DNA from: Patellaria atrata CBS 101060
Lineage: Eukaryota
Reading direction: 5' to 3'
NCBI GenBank assembly: GCA_010093705.1
Contig: MU006097.1
Coordinates: 73,905-137,904 of the forward strand
Length of the DNA stretch: 64,000 bases
This document shows, one piece after another, positions 1-13,342 of the stretch (the stretch's first letter is position 1; the number at the start of each line of letters is the position of its first letter). Under the pieces are notes generated by a model. The model saw only the letters and a list, made by a program, of their open reading frames with translations. It ran no database searches and was not told the DNA's origin. The position numbers were made by a program, and so were the translations under genes.

Positions 1-996
1 TGAAGTGAGACGTACTCCTCTTGAGCAGATTGATCTTTTCAATCGTATCCCTCTTCGCCTTATCCCGCTCCTGCAACTTCGCGATCTGGACCTGCTTGCC
101 GAATTTCTTGAGATCGCGTTGTCTGCGCGCGTCGCTGGCTGCTTTCTTGCTCGCGGCCTCGTCGATCAGTTTCTGCTTTATCTTCCCCATGTGCTCGTCG
201 CTCTTGACCATTTCGGCGAAGTAGTCTGTCGGGCGGGAGAAGGGGAGGTTTTCGGCTTTTAGCTGGGAACGTGCTGTCTTCGCTGCTGATAGCGATTGCG
301 AGTAGAACGCTAGCTCGCGATTTAGGTCATCATTGATGTCGGGGATTTCCGTCGGCGTGTCCGTAATGACTGTCATGTGTTCGGAGAAGGGGAGCGTGGA
401 GGTTGGGAGGGAGATCGATTTGAGCGCTTTGAGGAGGGCGGTTGTGTTGTTTATTGTGAGGCGTTGGTGCGGGATTATGTCGACTCTGTCTTCTGAGGCT
501 AGAGATTCTATGTCGGAGAGGGGGATGTCTTCTTCTTCGTCGTCTTCTTCGTCTAACTCATCTTGTTCCTCTAGATCGTTATCCTCCGCGGAACTAGAGC
601 TGTCGGTGTCATCTATTCTTGAAGTATCGAACTGGGAAAGATATTAGTAAGGGTGCACGAGAAGGGATAAATAGTAATTCATACTGCGATACCTGCTGTC
701 CCCTCCCCGTCCTCACTGCCTTCTTCTTCCTCCTCATCAGTCTCCCACACTTCGTCTTCCACGCCATTTATGGGTTTCTTCGTAGTCTTCGCCTTTGCTC
801 TTTCACCGCTCCCATTTAAAGCTACTCCCCCCTCTACCGCCTCCTCACCTTCATCTTCTGGAGTGTCTTCCGAGTGCTTCTGTTTCTTCTGCTTCTTATT
901 TCTTTCCGCTTGTTTTCGAAGTTTCTTATCGCGCTCAGCTTTGTGGTCAACGCTTTGGTATCTCTCTAATGCACTCTTTAGTTTACTCTTTGCCAT
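1..996 (-). CDS. EBP2: rRNA-processing protein Ebp2 (3'-truncated at window edge)
   Basis: Exon 1 996-685 (MAKSKLKSAL...), GT-AG intron 684-632. Exon 2 reads ...DINDDLNRELAFYSQSL...PFSRPTDYFAEMVKSDEHMGKIK...RDLKKFGKQVQ, the Ebp2 signature. Confidence 0.93.
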
Positions 997-2318
997 TGAG
1001 AATATGTGATGTGTGAGGTTGTAATATCTGTAAACAATTTGTAGGTTGGTGACATAGAGGATCCATGAAAAAAGTTCAGAACCTCGAGACTACCGCGAAA
1101 TCTTGGCGACGCTAGTGCTAGATTTTTAACCTTAATTTAGCGTCAGAGCTTTACAACCTCTGGTGTCTCGACGACATCAGTCACATCAATACAGTAATGT
1201 GATAACTTGTCCTGTAACTTATGAATGCCGATCTGCTCAAATAGCGTAACTAGATAATAATAACAGAAGTTGTTGCTAGCCATGTCTCTCGAATGCTTCT
1301 TGACCATAGTAGTTCTATGCATAGAATATATCTCAACTCCTTATCCACTATACTATTCCTCGCCCTTCTCCTTTTATTCCTTTCCTCAGTGATACAATAT
1401 ATCTTCGTTCTTCACTGTCTTTCTTCCGTACCATTAAATATTCCCTTACAAATTGTACATCTTCAAACACTTCAATGCCTTCTAGAAACCAACAAGTCTA
1501 CTTCAAAGTGTGGCAACAACACGGATTGGGAGGTAACGGTAGACGGTAAGACTGTGATTTCAGATACCTAGAATGTGAGAGAGAGGTAGTGAGATTTGGT
1601 TTTCAGAATACCCTAGGAACAAGTCTTTCTATTCTTTCCTTCTCTTCTCTGCTATATATCTTCCATGAATGAGGGAAGATTAGTATTTCAGATTTAATAT
1701 AGCATGTTAGTTAAGAAACATTACTATGCTTCATTGCGAGCTCCATAACTACTCTAGTTCCCTTCACCTGTTTGAGTCCCTATTTCGTCGAAGTGAGATA
1801 CAGATGGAACCATCTAAGCTTAAAGTAAGAGATTAATGGTCTGAAAGGTAAACCGTCGTTTAATTGATTATGAAAAAGAGATACAAACATGGATTCAGAA
1901 ACAACCCAAAGAAAAACGGTCTTTTCAATATAGAAAATTGTCCGAGCATTTACTTAAGTAGATCGTTACATTCCAACTCCCTCTCCTTCCTTACTTGAAT
2001 TTTAACAGCGTGGGCTACTCTACTACACGATAGCATAAAGTGCGAACTTGAAATATACACAGGATAGATATAGCCCTCAGCTTAGACAACAATAATGTAC
2101 CAGAAGTAGAAATGACAATAAACCAAACATCTTGCCCTAAAACACAAACCCACAACCCATCCCCATCCCAAATCCTATGACCACGTGCCCCATTCACCCT
2201 TCAAAACCACAACCCACATCCTCACGTGCCTCACACCAAACACATTCTTCCCACCCCTTCCTAATCCACTCCCCACCCCTCTCCCATATAATCAACAAAC
2301 CCTACCTCCCCTCCCAAT

Positions 2319-2507
2319 TCCCCGATGGTGTAGTTGGTTCTCTCCTTTGTCGCTTTCCTTCAGTCAAATTTTGTATTTCCTGTGTCCTCTGTTCGAATCC
2401 CGCCAACTACACCGGAAGATAAAGCAAAACCGCTTCGGCGGCTTTCTTGGCCCTCACCCACCGGGGGTGGGGGTGTTCTTTTGCAATTTGAATTCATTTA
2501 TTTTTTT
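2319..2507 (+). ncRNA. putative Pol III structured ncRNA (tRNA-type A/B box, non-cloverleaf)
   Basis: A box TGGTGTAGTTGG 2326-2337; B box GTTCGAATCC 2391-2400; 2327-2337 is perfectly complementary to 2403-2413; CCGC-UUCG-GCGG hairpin 2430-2441; GC hairpin 2451-2473; T4 at 2479-2482 and T7 at 2501-2507. Confidence 0.6.
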
Positions 2508-3020
2508 GGTGGTTTCTTTTGCAGCATGCAGATGAAGAGTGCGTAGGTAAAAGATGGTGTGGAAAACAACTGCACGTATATAACCGACTTGCTCAGGCAA
2601 TTGGGTGCATCCTTATGTTAGAGATGCGGGTGTGGGATTACTGAGGACGTAGGGTAGGTTATGGGACTAAAGTCTTGCCCATCATCGAATGATCGAACGG
2701 GTTATGCTATATTTATTTTACGTCCTGAGTCTAAAGAATCATAACTAGCTTATAGAATAGTAGATATCACTGTTAATTCGCGGCGATTTATAGTTGAGAC
2801 TTGGTTTTGATATAGAGTACGATTTACCATTGAGATCCAGTCCTAGTATATAGTACGATTGATCCTATATGCTCGTGGTGCCCGGCACTTCATAGCCAAA
2901 CCTTGATAATCTTTCCACGAGACCAGTCCCTTACATACAAATCATACAATGACCTGAAATCCCACCTAGAACGCCTCACCGAATGACTAGCCTTGAAAAC
3001 AGCAAAGTATCTCAGTTAGC

Positions 3021-5263
3021 TTAAATCTTTATGATTTCTACCTTTGCCCTTTCGAAAAGCTTATGTCCAACCATCTCTCCCCTTTCCAATTCCTCATCAC
3101 TAACATCACGGGGTAATATTGTCATTCGCGCATAAGTGCCAAACCCCTTTCTCTTAGCCAGGGTACCTGGATTGATGACCATAACATTTTCAACAACCTA
3201 TTTTGAAAATTAGCGATACTGCGTCCATAAGATTGAAGATAGACAGAACTAGGGGACATATATTAGGGACAACTTACAACAGTACAAGGGTCCAGCGCAG
3301 AAGGAGCCAGTAACAGATCAGGTCGAACGTTCTGCCACTCTCCCAACTTCAAATACCCAACATCTAGCGATGCGCCAAATGGTGCCAAATACTCCGCACC
3401 AGGCTCATCCTCTTGACCCTCCACGGGTTCCTCGCTCTCGCTTTTGATGTTTGTCCCTTTCGCGATTTTAACGCCTTCCATTGGAGCAAGAGCCTCTCTG
3501 TCCGTTGGCGGGACTATAGGAAAGAAGGATCTCTGATCAATGAGCTGTTTCGCTAACCTCCGCATAGTCGCTCCTTTATCTATAGTTTTCGCTGCTTCCG
3601 AAATACACTCCTCACGACGAATGGTATAAAGGACGTCTAAGCTTGTCATGCCGACGACGAACTCATTGAAGCTTAGAGTTACCGGATTTGTGACGCTCTG
3701 TACGCCCTTGCCGAGCCCTAGATCACGTTTTGGGAGCCGGTCTTGTGGCCAGCAGGTGTGGTGAGAGACAGCATCGCGGACGCTTGGAACAAGAATGATA
3801 CTGCAACTGGGAAGATTGGATGTGAGGTCTGTAAGGGCGGTAGAGATATGGTAGCGGAAGAGATCAGAGAGGGTAGCGGTGTCAGGGGAGACAGGAAAGT
3901 CATCTGGGAGGGTGAAGGAACCGGTGCGGACAAGAGGGTGCTCGGCATCAATAAAGGGACCATGGAGAATCAGAGCGTCGGCGGAAGCTGAGAGGGCAAT
4001 CTCGCAAAGGGCACGGAGGGGTGAGAAGTCGAGTGTATCATTGGTAGAATAGGGGCCTGCCGCAATAAGGACCGTAAGTGGGTGTGCAGTGTCCGAGTCG
4101 GGTATGGATGTCTGGAGACGAGTGGAGAGTGATACGAGGTCCTGGGGGATGGAAGCAGGTGGGTCCAGCCAAGGCAAGGATAATATCTCCTTGACGGTAA
4201 AGTAGTCCCCGGATGCATTCTGTCCGCGTAAAGCAACTATTTGCCCTGGAAAGAACTCGTAATGCTTGATTGAAGAAACATCAAGAGGTACTCGACGGCC
4301 ACGGCCGGCGCGACGAGAGGTCTCAAGGAGTAAGTTTGCCTTCTGGAGCTTCGCATTGCTAGTATCAGATGCGATGCGTCCTACTGTTACGATCTCCGAA
4401 GTACTCTGGGTGGCGGGATCCCCAAAGTCTTGATCTTCGAGCTTATGGCGCACTTGTACGAGATCCATGAATAGATCGATACGCTCATCGAGGATCTCGC
4501 TACTTTCGGAAAGCTTCATGGCCATAGTTTTGTACGTGAATTTTCCCATGTCAGTATTAGCCTTAAGTTTTATACGGGGTTCCATAGGTGGCGTGGGTAG
4601 TGACTCAGGGGTGAGGATATGGTCATTAAACTCGTTCTCGAGCTTACCAACGTCCCCACGTTTATCAAAATTAATAGCACTACATGTTTGTTAGATATAC
4701 AGATGGTATGAAAGTGAGTGTCTCTTACTGAACACCATTCATAGGGAATGGTACGTTCGACCTGCGTGGCGAGGTCCCTGAACGGTTTTTACTTGCTTTA
4801 GGGGCGGGAGTCTCGAAATTTGACTTCCGTTTGATAGTACTCCCATTTGCGCTGGGCCTTGGTGTATTCGATACAAGACCACCGAGCCTAGAAATCTGTC
4901 AGATCATACCCTTAAGTTATGTGTAGAATGCAAGATAACCCACATTCCATATACATCTCCACTATTTGTAGCCCCTCGGGGTGTTTGAGCAACCTTCTTC
5001 TTCTCTTGACCTCTTGCTGTCTTTTCCCTACTTTCACGTTCAAGTACTTCTTGAATATCTTTTCTCAAATCTCTTGCAGTTTTAATATCCAGTCTGATAT
5101 CTCCTCCCATCTTGATGCTGTATGACTCCCATTTGTAGAACAATTCTTGCGGTGATATAGAGTGTAGTCGAAGAATCGAGGATAGTTCCCTTTCCACATC
5201 TTCAGACAATTGGGTGTTAGGAACAGAGAAAAGGTCATTGAGCGCTTCCGACACGTCCGTCAT
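3021..5263 (-). CDS. POL12: DNA polymerase alpha/primase subunit B
   Basis: Four exons (5263-4944, 4887-4729, 4679-3278, 3197-3021). N-terminal ELFYKWESY motif, plus FFPGQIVALRGQNASG, AAGPY, GPFID and VINPG motifs of the Pol alpha B subunit. Confidence 0.95.
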
Positions 5264-5350
5264 GTTTGGTAATTATATCGATCGTGGTATGAAAAACTTG
5301 TGGTGTTGATTTGACTTGTTGTTACTTAGGACGAGTAGTACATGAGGAAG

Positions 5351-5366
5351 ACGCGATTTGACGCGT
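5351..5366. promoter_or_regulatory. tandem MCB-like elements (ACGCGA, ACGCGT) upstream of POL12
   Basis: ACGCGA 5351-5356 and ACGCGT 5361-5366, about 90 nt upstream of the POL12 ATG. MCB boxes are typical of fungal G1/S replication genes. Confidence 0.5.
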
Positions 5367-5853
5367 TGGAACATCCCCGCCAATCCACCAGGTCTAAAGT
5401 GGTCTCCTTACTAAGCGAATATTACCATTAGGTCCACTAAACTTGCGACAATACAGACGGAAATATTTGACGAAATATATCCTTAACGTTCCTCGATGGT
5501 CACACGTATGACCAAGGCAGTGTAACTCACAGTGAACTAAATAAAATCCTCTTTCGTGCTGGTTGTATTATTCTATCGTGTTCGCCTACATCTCCAACAG
5601 CAAAAAGAGCATCTCCATTTGTATCAATATGTATCTAATGACAAACAAATCTATCGATATAGCCATGCAAGCCATAATCTTACTAAGACCTCCTCATGTT
5701 TACATTGGCCAGAGCTCCAATGGAGGATGAGCGGCTGATGAAAATATGCGGGCCTCACACACAACAAAAAATTTCCCCTGATCACAGTCAAACCTCCGTC
5801 AATTGATTCTCTCACCTCTCCACGACCTCAGTGACTCAATACCCAGCGCAATC

Positions 5854-7093
5854 ATGGCAACAGCAACAGAACCTCTCCCCACCGCTGAGCCCCAGCAGGT
5901 GAACTCAAAAGCTCAAGACGTAGTAGTCACAGAAACCAGCAAGCCAGCCTCCAGTTCCGCCAGCACTTCTGTCCCAGTAGAAGCACCCACCTCCGCTCCA
6001 ACGGCGACCTCCCACTCCGCCGACCATGACGAAACGCACACCGGGCCCTTCAAAACGCCCCTCCCACACCCTCTTCCCACCTGCAAACCCACACCCCCGG
6101 CCGACCTGACCCCAGAGCAGCAAAAGAAATACGATGACCTCCTCGCGACGGCGCAATCATGGACCGACGCCCCCATCTCGACCGCCCGCAACGCCGCCAA
6201 ATCCCCCCTCACCGACAGCGAAAAGATGTGGCTAACGCGCGACTGCCTTCTGCGCTACCTACGCGCGACGAAGTGGAACCAGGCCGAAGCATCCAAGCGT
6301 CTCCTCGCCACCATATCCTGGCGACGGGAATACGGCGTCGAGGGGCTAACGCCCGAGCACATCAGCCCGGAGAACGAGACGGGCAAGCAGCTGATCTTCG
6401 GCTACGACAACGACGCACGGCCGTGCCTGTACCTCAATCCCGGGCGGCAGAACACGAGCTACAGTCCGCGGCAGAACCAGCATCTCGTATTCATGCTCGA
6501 GCGGGTCATCGAGCTGATGCCCCCGGGGCAGGAGAACCTAGCCCTCCTGATCAACTACAAGGACACGAGCAGCGGGAAGAAAGGCCCCGGCTTGAGCCAG
6601 GGCAAGGAGGTTTTGAATATTTTGCAGAATCACTATCCGGAGCGCTTGGGGAGGTGTTTGATCAGTGATTGTGTGTATACCTCTTTCTTACTTTAGCCCC
6701 TTACCCCACCCATCTTACACGCCATAGCTAACCCCATACCCAACAGTACCCTGGTTCATAACCACCTTCTACAAACTAATAACCCCCTTCATCGACCCCG
6801 TCACGCGTCCGAAGCTCAAATTCAACCCGATCCTGCCGGAGCACGTGCCCGCGTCCCAGCTCGTCGCCACCGTCGGCGGCGACGTCGAGTTCGAGTACGC
6901 CCACGACGTGTATTGGCCCGCGCTCAACCGCCTGTGTGAAGAGCGCCGGGAGGCGTATCGGCGCCGGTGGGAAGATGGGGGGAAGAGGGTGGGTGAGAGT
7001 GAGAGGGTGCTTAGGGGTGGGGAGGTGCAGGGGGAGGGGGAGGGGGTGGAGAAGATCACGGAGGGGGTAAGGGAGGTCGAGGTTAAGGGGTAA
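5854..7093 (+). CDS. PDR16: CRAL/TRIO (Sec14-like) phosphatidylinositol transfer protein, Pdr16/Sfh3-like
   Basis: WLTRDCLLRYLRATKW, ENETGKQ, LQNHYPERLG; intron 6671-6746, then LPWFITTFYKLITPFIDPVTR; stop at 7091-7093. Confidence 0.88.
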
Positions 7094-7582
7094 CGGGTAG
7101 TGTACCGTGCTGAGCTGATATCCCTGGATACGATGGATGGAAATAGGGGGTATAGATATGATAGAACTAATAGTAATATCACGAGAGATACCCAAATGGC
7201 GGTATTCCATCTCAGATGAAGGAATGGGGTAAGGAGAATAGTCGATGTAACTCTGAGATGACCTAGCTGGAACTATGCAACAGGCGACGGACCCATAACC
7301 CATATTTGCTGGACCTGTATGAGCAGCGTAGATCAGCTATGGCGGGATGTCTACTTCGGAGTATCGTATCACGGGAGACAAGCAACGACGAGCCGGAATA
7401 TCCAGACACGCTATAACCACATAGCCCAAATCGCACGTTCGAGATCAAAAAGGCTGCTATTCCTATCCAGACGCAGCTATAACCCCCAGCCGAGAAAGAA
7501 ACAGAGAGAATAACCATCTCTATCGCTAAAGGCGCGCACATATTTCCCCCCCTCCCCTCCCCACTCCCTAAAAAAAAAAGAA

Positions 7583-7682
7583 NNNNNNNNNNNNNNNNNN
7601 NNNNNNNNNNNNNNNNNNNNNNNNNNNNNNNNNNNNNNNNNNNNNNNNNNNNNNNNNNNNNNNNNNNNNNNNNNNNNNNNNN
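7583..7682. other. assembly gap (100 N)
   Basis: Run of exactly 100 N following an A-tract. Confidence 0.99.
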
Positions 7683-7790
7683 AACATACGAAAAGCCCAT
7701 TTTGCATGCACCATCCCAACTCAGATGCCTTCCCGATATAGGGTCAAAATATCAACTCCAAGCATTGTCCTATAGACCTCATACGCTGCC

Positions 7791-9462
7791 TTATAACACA
7801 CCACCCGGCAACTGCACCGCCGCACCACTACTATACCCCTGACCCCCATAACTGGCCCCCTGGCCCGCCGCACCGCCCGGGATCGTACTGACATGTCCCT
7901 CAGCCGGCGCAGCATGCTTCCTCAGCATGAACATCGGTTTCCTGCCCTCCTTATCCAACTGCTTGAATAGAATAAGGGGCCGTTCGTTCAAGCCCAGACA
8001 CCTCTCCTGATCGCCATGCACGATGTAGAGCGCATACTGCCGCCAATCGGCCGTGATGTTGTACTTGCGCAGCGCGACTGGGAGGACCTTGTGACACGGG
8101 TCGTCGATGGAGACGCGGAAGGATTTGAAAATCTCGACTTGGGGGTTTGAGGACGAGGAAACGGTGGAGGAGGTGGTGTTGGGGGTTAGTGCACCGCCAC
8201 CTGAGCTTGGTTCGGAACCTTCACTGGTGTTCTGGCGACGGGAGGTGAGAGGGGCGGGTGTGGCGTTGCGGGTATCCCGCTCGAGGGTCGAAGAGCTGGA
8301 CCAATTCGATGAGTTTGTGTGACTGTAGTCGTCCTGGTGTGTCGAGGGGAAGTTGGAACGGGACGACGACGAGGGTTCGCCGCGGGGAAAGTTACGGTTG
8401 CTTTGGATTGTTTGAGTAGTGTATGCTGGGGAGGTCGGTGACGGTTGGGGAAGATGTGGGGATGGTTGTGGTTGTTGACCAGCGCTTAGTGAAGCAGTGA
8501 GGTGGGATGATGCAGCCATTGCGGCAGCTGAAGGGTCAAGATTCGAACTGTCGTTAAGTGTACGGCCTTCGTGGATAGTTGGAGATGGATTTTTAGGGGC
8601 AGAGCCTAGGAAGAGCTTCTTTGTTGAGAACTTTCTTGATAGACTGCTTCCCTTATTGTCCGGCTGGGCTAAGGGGGGAGAGGATGCATGCTCTTCGTTC
8701 GGTAGGGGCAAGGGATGTGACCTATCCTTGACCATACGTACGACGGGTAAGACGTCTTCCCGTAGCCTCTTGTTCTCTTCTGCTACTCTATTTAGATCAT
8801 CTTTCAGTAGCCGTAGTTCTGCTTCAGTAGCTTGGATTCTTTTATCACGTTCCTTGATAATGTCTATAATCCGTGCTATATCGTCTTGAGTAGGGGTGGT
8901 ATCTTGTCCAGCAGCTTCTGCAGCTAATCCTGAGTCAGAAAAGGAGTACCGAGAAAGGGATCCAGCAGTACTTACATAGTGGGACATATTCCCCCTCTTC
9001 TATAGCGATGTTCTGTTTCACTTTGATGTCATAGACGCTCTTTAGCACTGTGAGACGGTGTCCGATGCTATTCACGCCCATATCCTTTAAATCATCATGT
9101 TCCAAGGAGACCAAAGCTTCTCCGGTAATAGCTTCCTCTATACATTTGTCAGTATAATGGGGTTCAAAATACCACTTGCATATAGACCTACCAACAAAGG
9201 TATCCGCATATTGCTCCAAACCTAAACTCGATACAAAATCCGCACATTGCTCAGCAGACCATTGTGTTATTTTGCCCACAGGTGAATCATGGCTTCCTCT
9301 AGAGTGTGTATATGTTGTAGGTGTATGCTCCGCAGACGGTGGATCTGAATCGGTAGGGGAGGATTCGAAGTCTTGAGGAAGCGTCGGCGAGGTATATGTG
9401 GTGCGCTCATACTCGTCATCCGCATCCGAGTCTTCGTGATATGTTGACTTATACGCCATCAT
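7791..9462 (-). CDS. STE50: MAPKKK adaptor Ste50 (SAM + Ras-association domain)
   Basis: Exons 9462-9192, 9137-8976, 8923-7791. SAM domain (WSAEQCADFVSSLGLEQY...GHRLTVLK) and RA domain (FKSFRVSIDDPCHKVLPVALRKYNI...KPMFMLRK). Confidence 0.93.
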
Positions 9463-11148
9463 GCTGCCAGCTTGTCTTCAAGTTTGCTTTGTCCGCAAGC
9501 GCATCTACCAGAATACGATATCCAAGATAGAGTGAGGGGGAGGATAGGCTTATCCAGCTTCTGGATTGTGCCCGTTGAGGATCAGGCTTGACGCAAGAAC
9601 AAGGCTGATGTTGAAAGGTATGGTAACCCTGCTGAGACAGAAGCGAAATTGGAAGAGGCGTCGACCGGTCACCGACGACCAGGTTGATAGTGGTTCCTGA
9701 GACTGGAGAGAAAGATTCGAGGGCAACTAGAGAGTCTCAAGCTGAACGGTATGATGTCTTTTGAAGTTGAAGGATCAGCGTGGGGTTCAAGCGCCGGGAT
9801 AGAGAGCGGTGCGCAGAGGTTGGAGGTTGGAGGTTGTGGCGGCGGCTGGAGATGGGGAAGGTAAGCTAAAGGTATGAAAGCCACAAAGGTTGTAACAAGT
9901 TTCGTTCGGGAGGTTTTGGTCTGAGAAGAGTTTTAAAGCTTCTCAATTTCTAAGACATGGTGGGAAACGTGGTGAAGAGTAGGATTTGTGTATAGGAGAG
10001 GGAAGATTTAAAAAGACGGTCGAAAAGGTTTCGTCGTTTTCCAAGTCGAGCGGTTGACGCCTTGTTCTGTCTTTTGCTCTATTGGCTTGGCTTGGAACTT
10101 TTCAGGTCTTCAGGAACGGCTTGCCGATCTCATCAACTACAGTAGAACTAAACTGCATGTAATCATATATTTGGGACTTGGGAATACCTCCGTAGATTGG
10201 ACAATACTATTAGAAAGCTAAGGGCCTTTTGCTGCGAGCTTTGAACCTGTGCCTCTCTACCGGTTCTCCTTGGTCACATATAGTCTCTATCGCTATCAAG
10301 CGCCCAAAGACCTTACTCGCTGACTCGAACTCCACCAACTGAAAGGGAACGAAATCCGAGCTTGCCTGTTGGTAGAATGCAGGATGCAGATGTAGATGCA
10401 GGACGCAAATGCACGAGTTCGGTTCCTTTTTTGAATAGCCATAATACCATACCACTACCTACGTCTATCAGAATATTCTTACAGCTGCAATGGCCGGAAT
10501 TAACTTTCTTCCCGTCGCCTGTCATACGTCTCAGGTAGCCTGTCAAACTCCTCTTTAGCTGTCAATCCTGGAGAGACCTTCACTTTTCCATGGATCGGAG
10601 TTAAGGTAGCATATCCTGTAATGTAGGTATTCTCCCTCGTGGGGTACGGTATCTTTCATTGCCAGACGAAGAACAATATCGGCATCGGCATCCTCGGCAC
10701 GTCGGTGATAGTTACCGGCCCGAGTCAATAGACTAATCTCGGCAACACCATTGTCAGGTTCTCCGTTTCTTTGGCTTCTACCTCCACCACCAACACCCCA
10801 TTATCCTCCCACATTCGTCGACACTTTCAGGCAGCTGATCAAAGGTCCCACATACCTCGGCCTCAGTCTGCAGCTTCGCGCGCACAAATCACACACGCAA
10901 ATCACACACGCAAACCCCCTCAATGGTTTTCAGGCCTCGGTACCGACGATCAAGCCTCTGACCACCGTACCGTTCCATCCGCTCACGGCGAACCTCAAAT
11001 TCCACCCGCTCAAGGCCCTTGACTCAGAACCCACTGGCTACATCCGCAACCCTCTTTCTATCCAGTCGATTCGCACTTCGGGTCCCTCATCCCACTCTCA
11101 AACCCAAACAAAACCGAACCACACCAAACATCCCCCCCTAAATAAACG

Positions 11149-11592
11149 ATGTCCACCCAGCAAAAGCTCCCCCTCGAATCCTCTTCCCTCCCCTCCACCA
11201 TCCCACCCACACACCCCCTCCCGCCCAACCTCCACACCTCCCTCCTCTCCGCCCTCCTAACCGCGCACTCGATCCCGGCAATCCAATCCGCGCTCCTGAC
11301 CTCGCTCTCGCAGACCGGCTGGACGACCAACATCCGTGCCTACATCCTCGAGCTGCTCCGCAGCGGCGAGTGCGGCAGTTACAACGAGCTGATGGCCAAG
11401 GTGCTCGAGGAGGCCGTTGGGAAGCAATCCGAGGACATGAATGGGAAGGAGGGGAGGGTTAACGGGGTCGGCAATGGAGAGGCAGAGGGAGAAACCGGGA
11501 TCAGGATACCGGAGAAGGCGGTGCAGGCGGGTATTAAGGCTGTCAGGCAGGAGTTGGAGAAGGTGTGTGATGTCACGTTTGGAGATGAGTGA
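11149..11592 (+). CDS. SUS1: Sus1/ENY2 transcription and mRNA export factor-like protein
   Basis: Single-exon 147 aa ORF with LSQTGWTTNIRAY...ELMAKV...IPEKAV pattern of the EnY2 family. Confidence 0.75.
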   Translation: MSTQQKLPLESSSLPSTIPPTHPLPPNLHTSLLSALLTAHSIPAIQSALLTSLSQTGWTTNIRAYILELLRSGECGSYNELMAKVLEEAVGKQSEDMNGKEGRVNGVGNGEAEGETGIRIPEKAVQAGIKAVRQELEKVCDVTFGDE

Positions 11593-12115
11593 TGTGCTCG
11601 TCTTGAGCACGGAGGTATAGGTATTTCGGTGAGGGCCGTTGGGCATTTTATGTCACGGAGTCTTGGCTTAAACGCAATTTTATGCTGGATATAGAGTCTG
11701 GGTAGCATTGGTGGCGTCTTGAGTGATATATGATGGGCTATTGCAAGAAAGGGGATTGGTATGTCATAGTTGAGATGCTATGTGTACATAATCGGAATGG
11801 ACATTGATTTGGTTGTACTCCATCATGATGCTATCACTCTCCGTTTCTGCGGATACACGTCTTATTACGATTTTTGCAACCCGAAGTTCACTGTTAGTTC
11901 AACCATTCGAGGAACTTGACGGGCACACGCAATTGGTGATTTTGAAAGTATGTGTTGATTTTCGTTATACACTTGGATGTAATGCAGCCGGTCCGCTTCG
12001 AAGATCAGATTGAAACCGTAAGTAAAGAGCAATCCGTGACATAAGCCCAGCATTTAACCAGCCACCCCTCTACACTTCTTCCGCATGCGCCGTTTTCCCC
12101 ATTCTGACGAGTGAT

Positions 12116-12584
12116 TTATCGGTGCTATTGACTAGTTAGCCACGCCGTTTCTCTGACCACAGGAAAATCATCACATCAAGCATTCGGTTTATGATAGCAG
12201 AAGGAGTAGAAAGTGTGCTGTCTATGTCCCGGGGGCGGGGGAAGGGGGGGGCAGATCGGGGGGCTCTCCATACCTTAACGAAACCGATATCCGTGCTCTT
12301 CTCTCTGAAGCATTGACGGCAGATATTGAGACCATACTTGCGGATGAGACCGGCCCTGTGCGTGCAGACGCGGCTATTTTTTAATATCAATCAGCAATCC
12401 GTTCCTTATCCGCCCAGTTCCTGAAGTCCTATAGCAATGCCCATCCTCATATAGCCCTTCAACAAAGCGTCCATAGTTTCTACAATGCATTTTAAGGGAA
12501 GGAGAAAGAAGGAGTGACATACCAGGCCCTGGAGCCCTTGCCATACGTCCTAGGCCGCGAATGCCAGACCGATTCGTGAGACAT
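12116..12584 (-). CDS. RPS29: 40S ribosomal protein S29 (uS14)
   Basis: Exons 12584-12523, 12373-12274, 12124-12116 give a 56 aa protein [56 protein letters not shown]. Confidence 0.97.
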
Positions 12585-12944
12585 GATTGCAGTTTATGGA
12601 GGTGTGTGAGACGTTTCTGTGGAATTCATCAGCATTTCCCACACCAACCCAACTCTGTTATGAGCGGAACATACGTCTGAGGAGGTATCTCGGTCTGTTG
12701 CGCGGTTCGTAGTCCAAAGAATCGATGTACGTCGTCCGTCGGCGAGGAAATTCAACGTTGGAGGTGCGGCGAAATAAGCGAAATGGCTTGGCACAAAGCT
12801 GATCCAATATTCCTCCCCCCCCCAAAAAAAGTTGGTCTGTGCGCCCGTGGGACATCACCTCGCGATTGTTTACGTCGGTGCAGCTCCTCAACCACCGACT
12901 CCCAGACAAACACCACCTTAAATCCCCCAAACTAAATAATAATA

Positions 12945-13342
12945 ATGGTGAGCTCTAACCTCCAGCCCATCCCACGTCTACTAAGAACCGCACCACACAG
13001 TCCCGCGACTCCTCCCACACCCACCTCCACCTGCACTCCCCCCACCACGCCGACCTCCTCGAAGACTTCACCTCCCCGCGCTCCGCCCTCTCACCCGAGG
13101 AAGTCTACGTGCCTCCGCACCACCAGCCCATCAACCCCGAGGATGAGGACGACGTCGTGCCGGACCAGCACGCCGCGTTCGGCATTGTGCGCGCGATGAA
13201 GGGTCCCGAGAGGGTCAGCTGGCGCGATCTCGGGCTGGAGGAGCTGCTGCGTAGAGGGCCGGGGGTTGCGGGCGCGGGTGGGTCTGCGCAAGTCGTATTG
13301 GCGGGGTTGGGGACGAAGGGGCCGAGGAGATTGCCTAGGTGA
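12945..13342 (+). CDS. APC13: anaphase-promoting complex subunit Apc13/Swm1-like
   Basis: ATG-only first coding exon, intron 12948-13000 (GTGAG...CAG), then SRDSSH...DLLEDF...YVPPHHQPINPEDEDDVVPDQHAAFGI...WRDLGL, matching fungal Apc13. Confidence 0.8.

Noticed and set aside
2319..2417. Canonical (intron-containing) tRNA gene
   Set aside because: No D-stem, anticodon stem or T-stem can form despite good A and B boxes.
10751..11148. Upstream ORFs and a 13-nt tandem duplication before SUS1
   Set aside because: Low-complexity C/A-rich leader with non-ATG starts; no supportable function.
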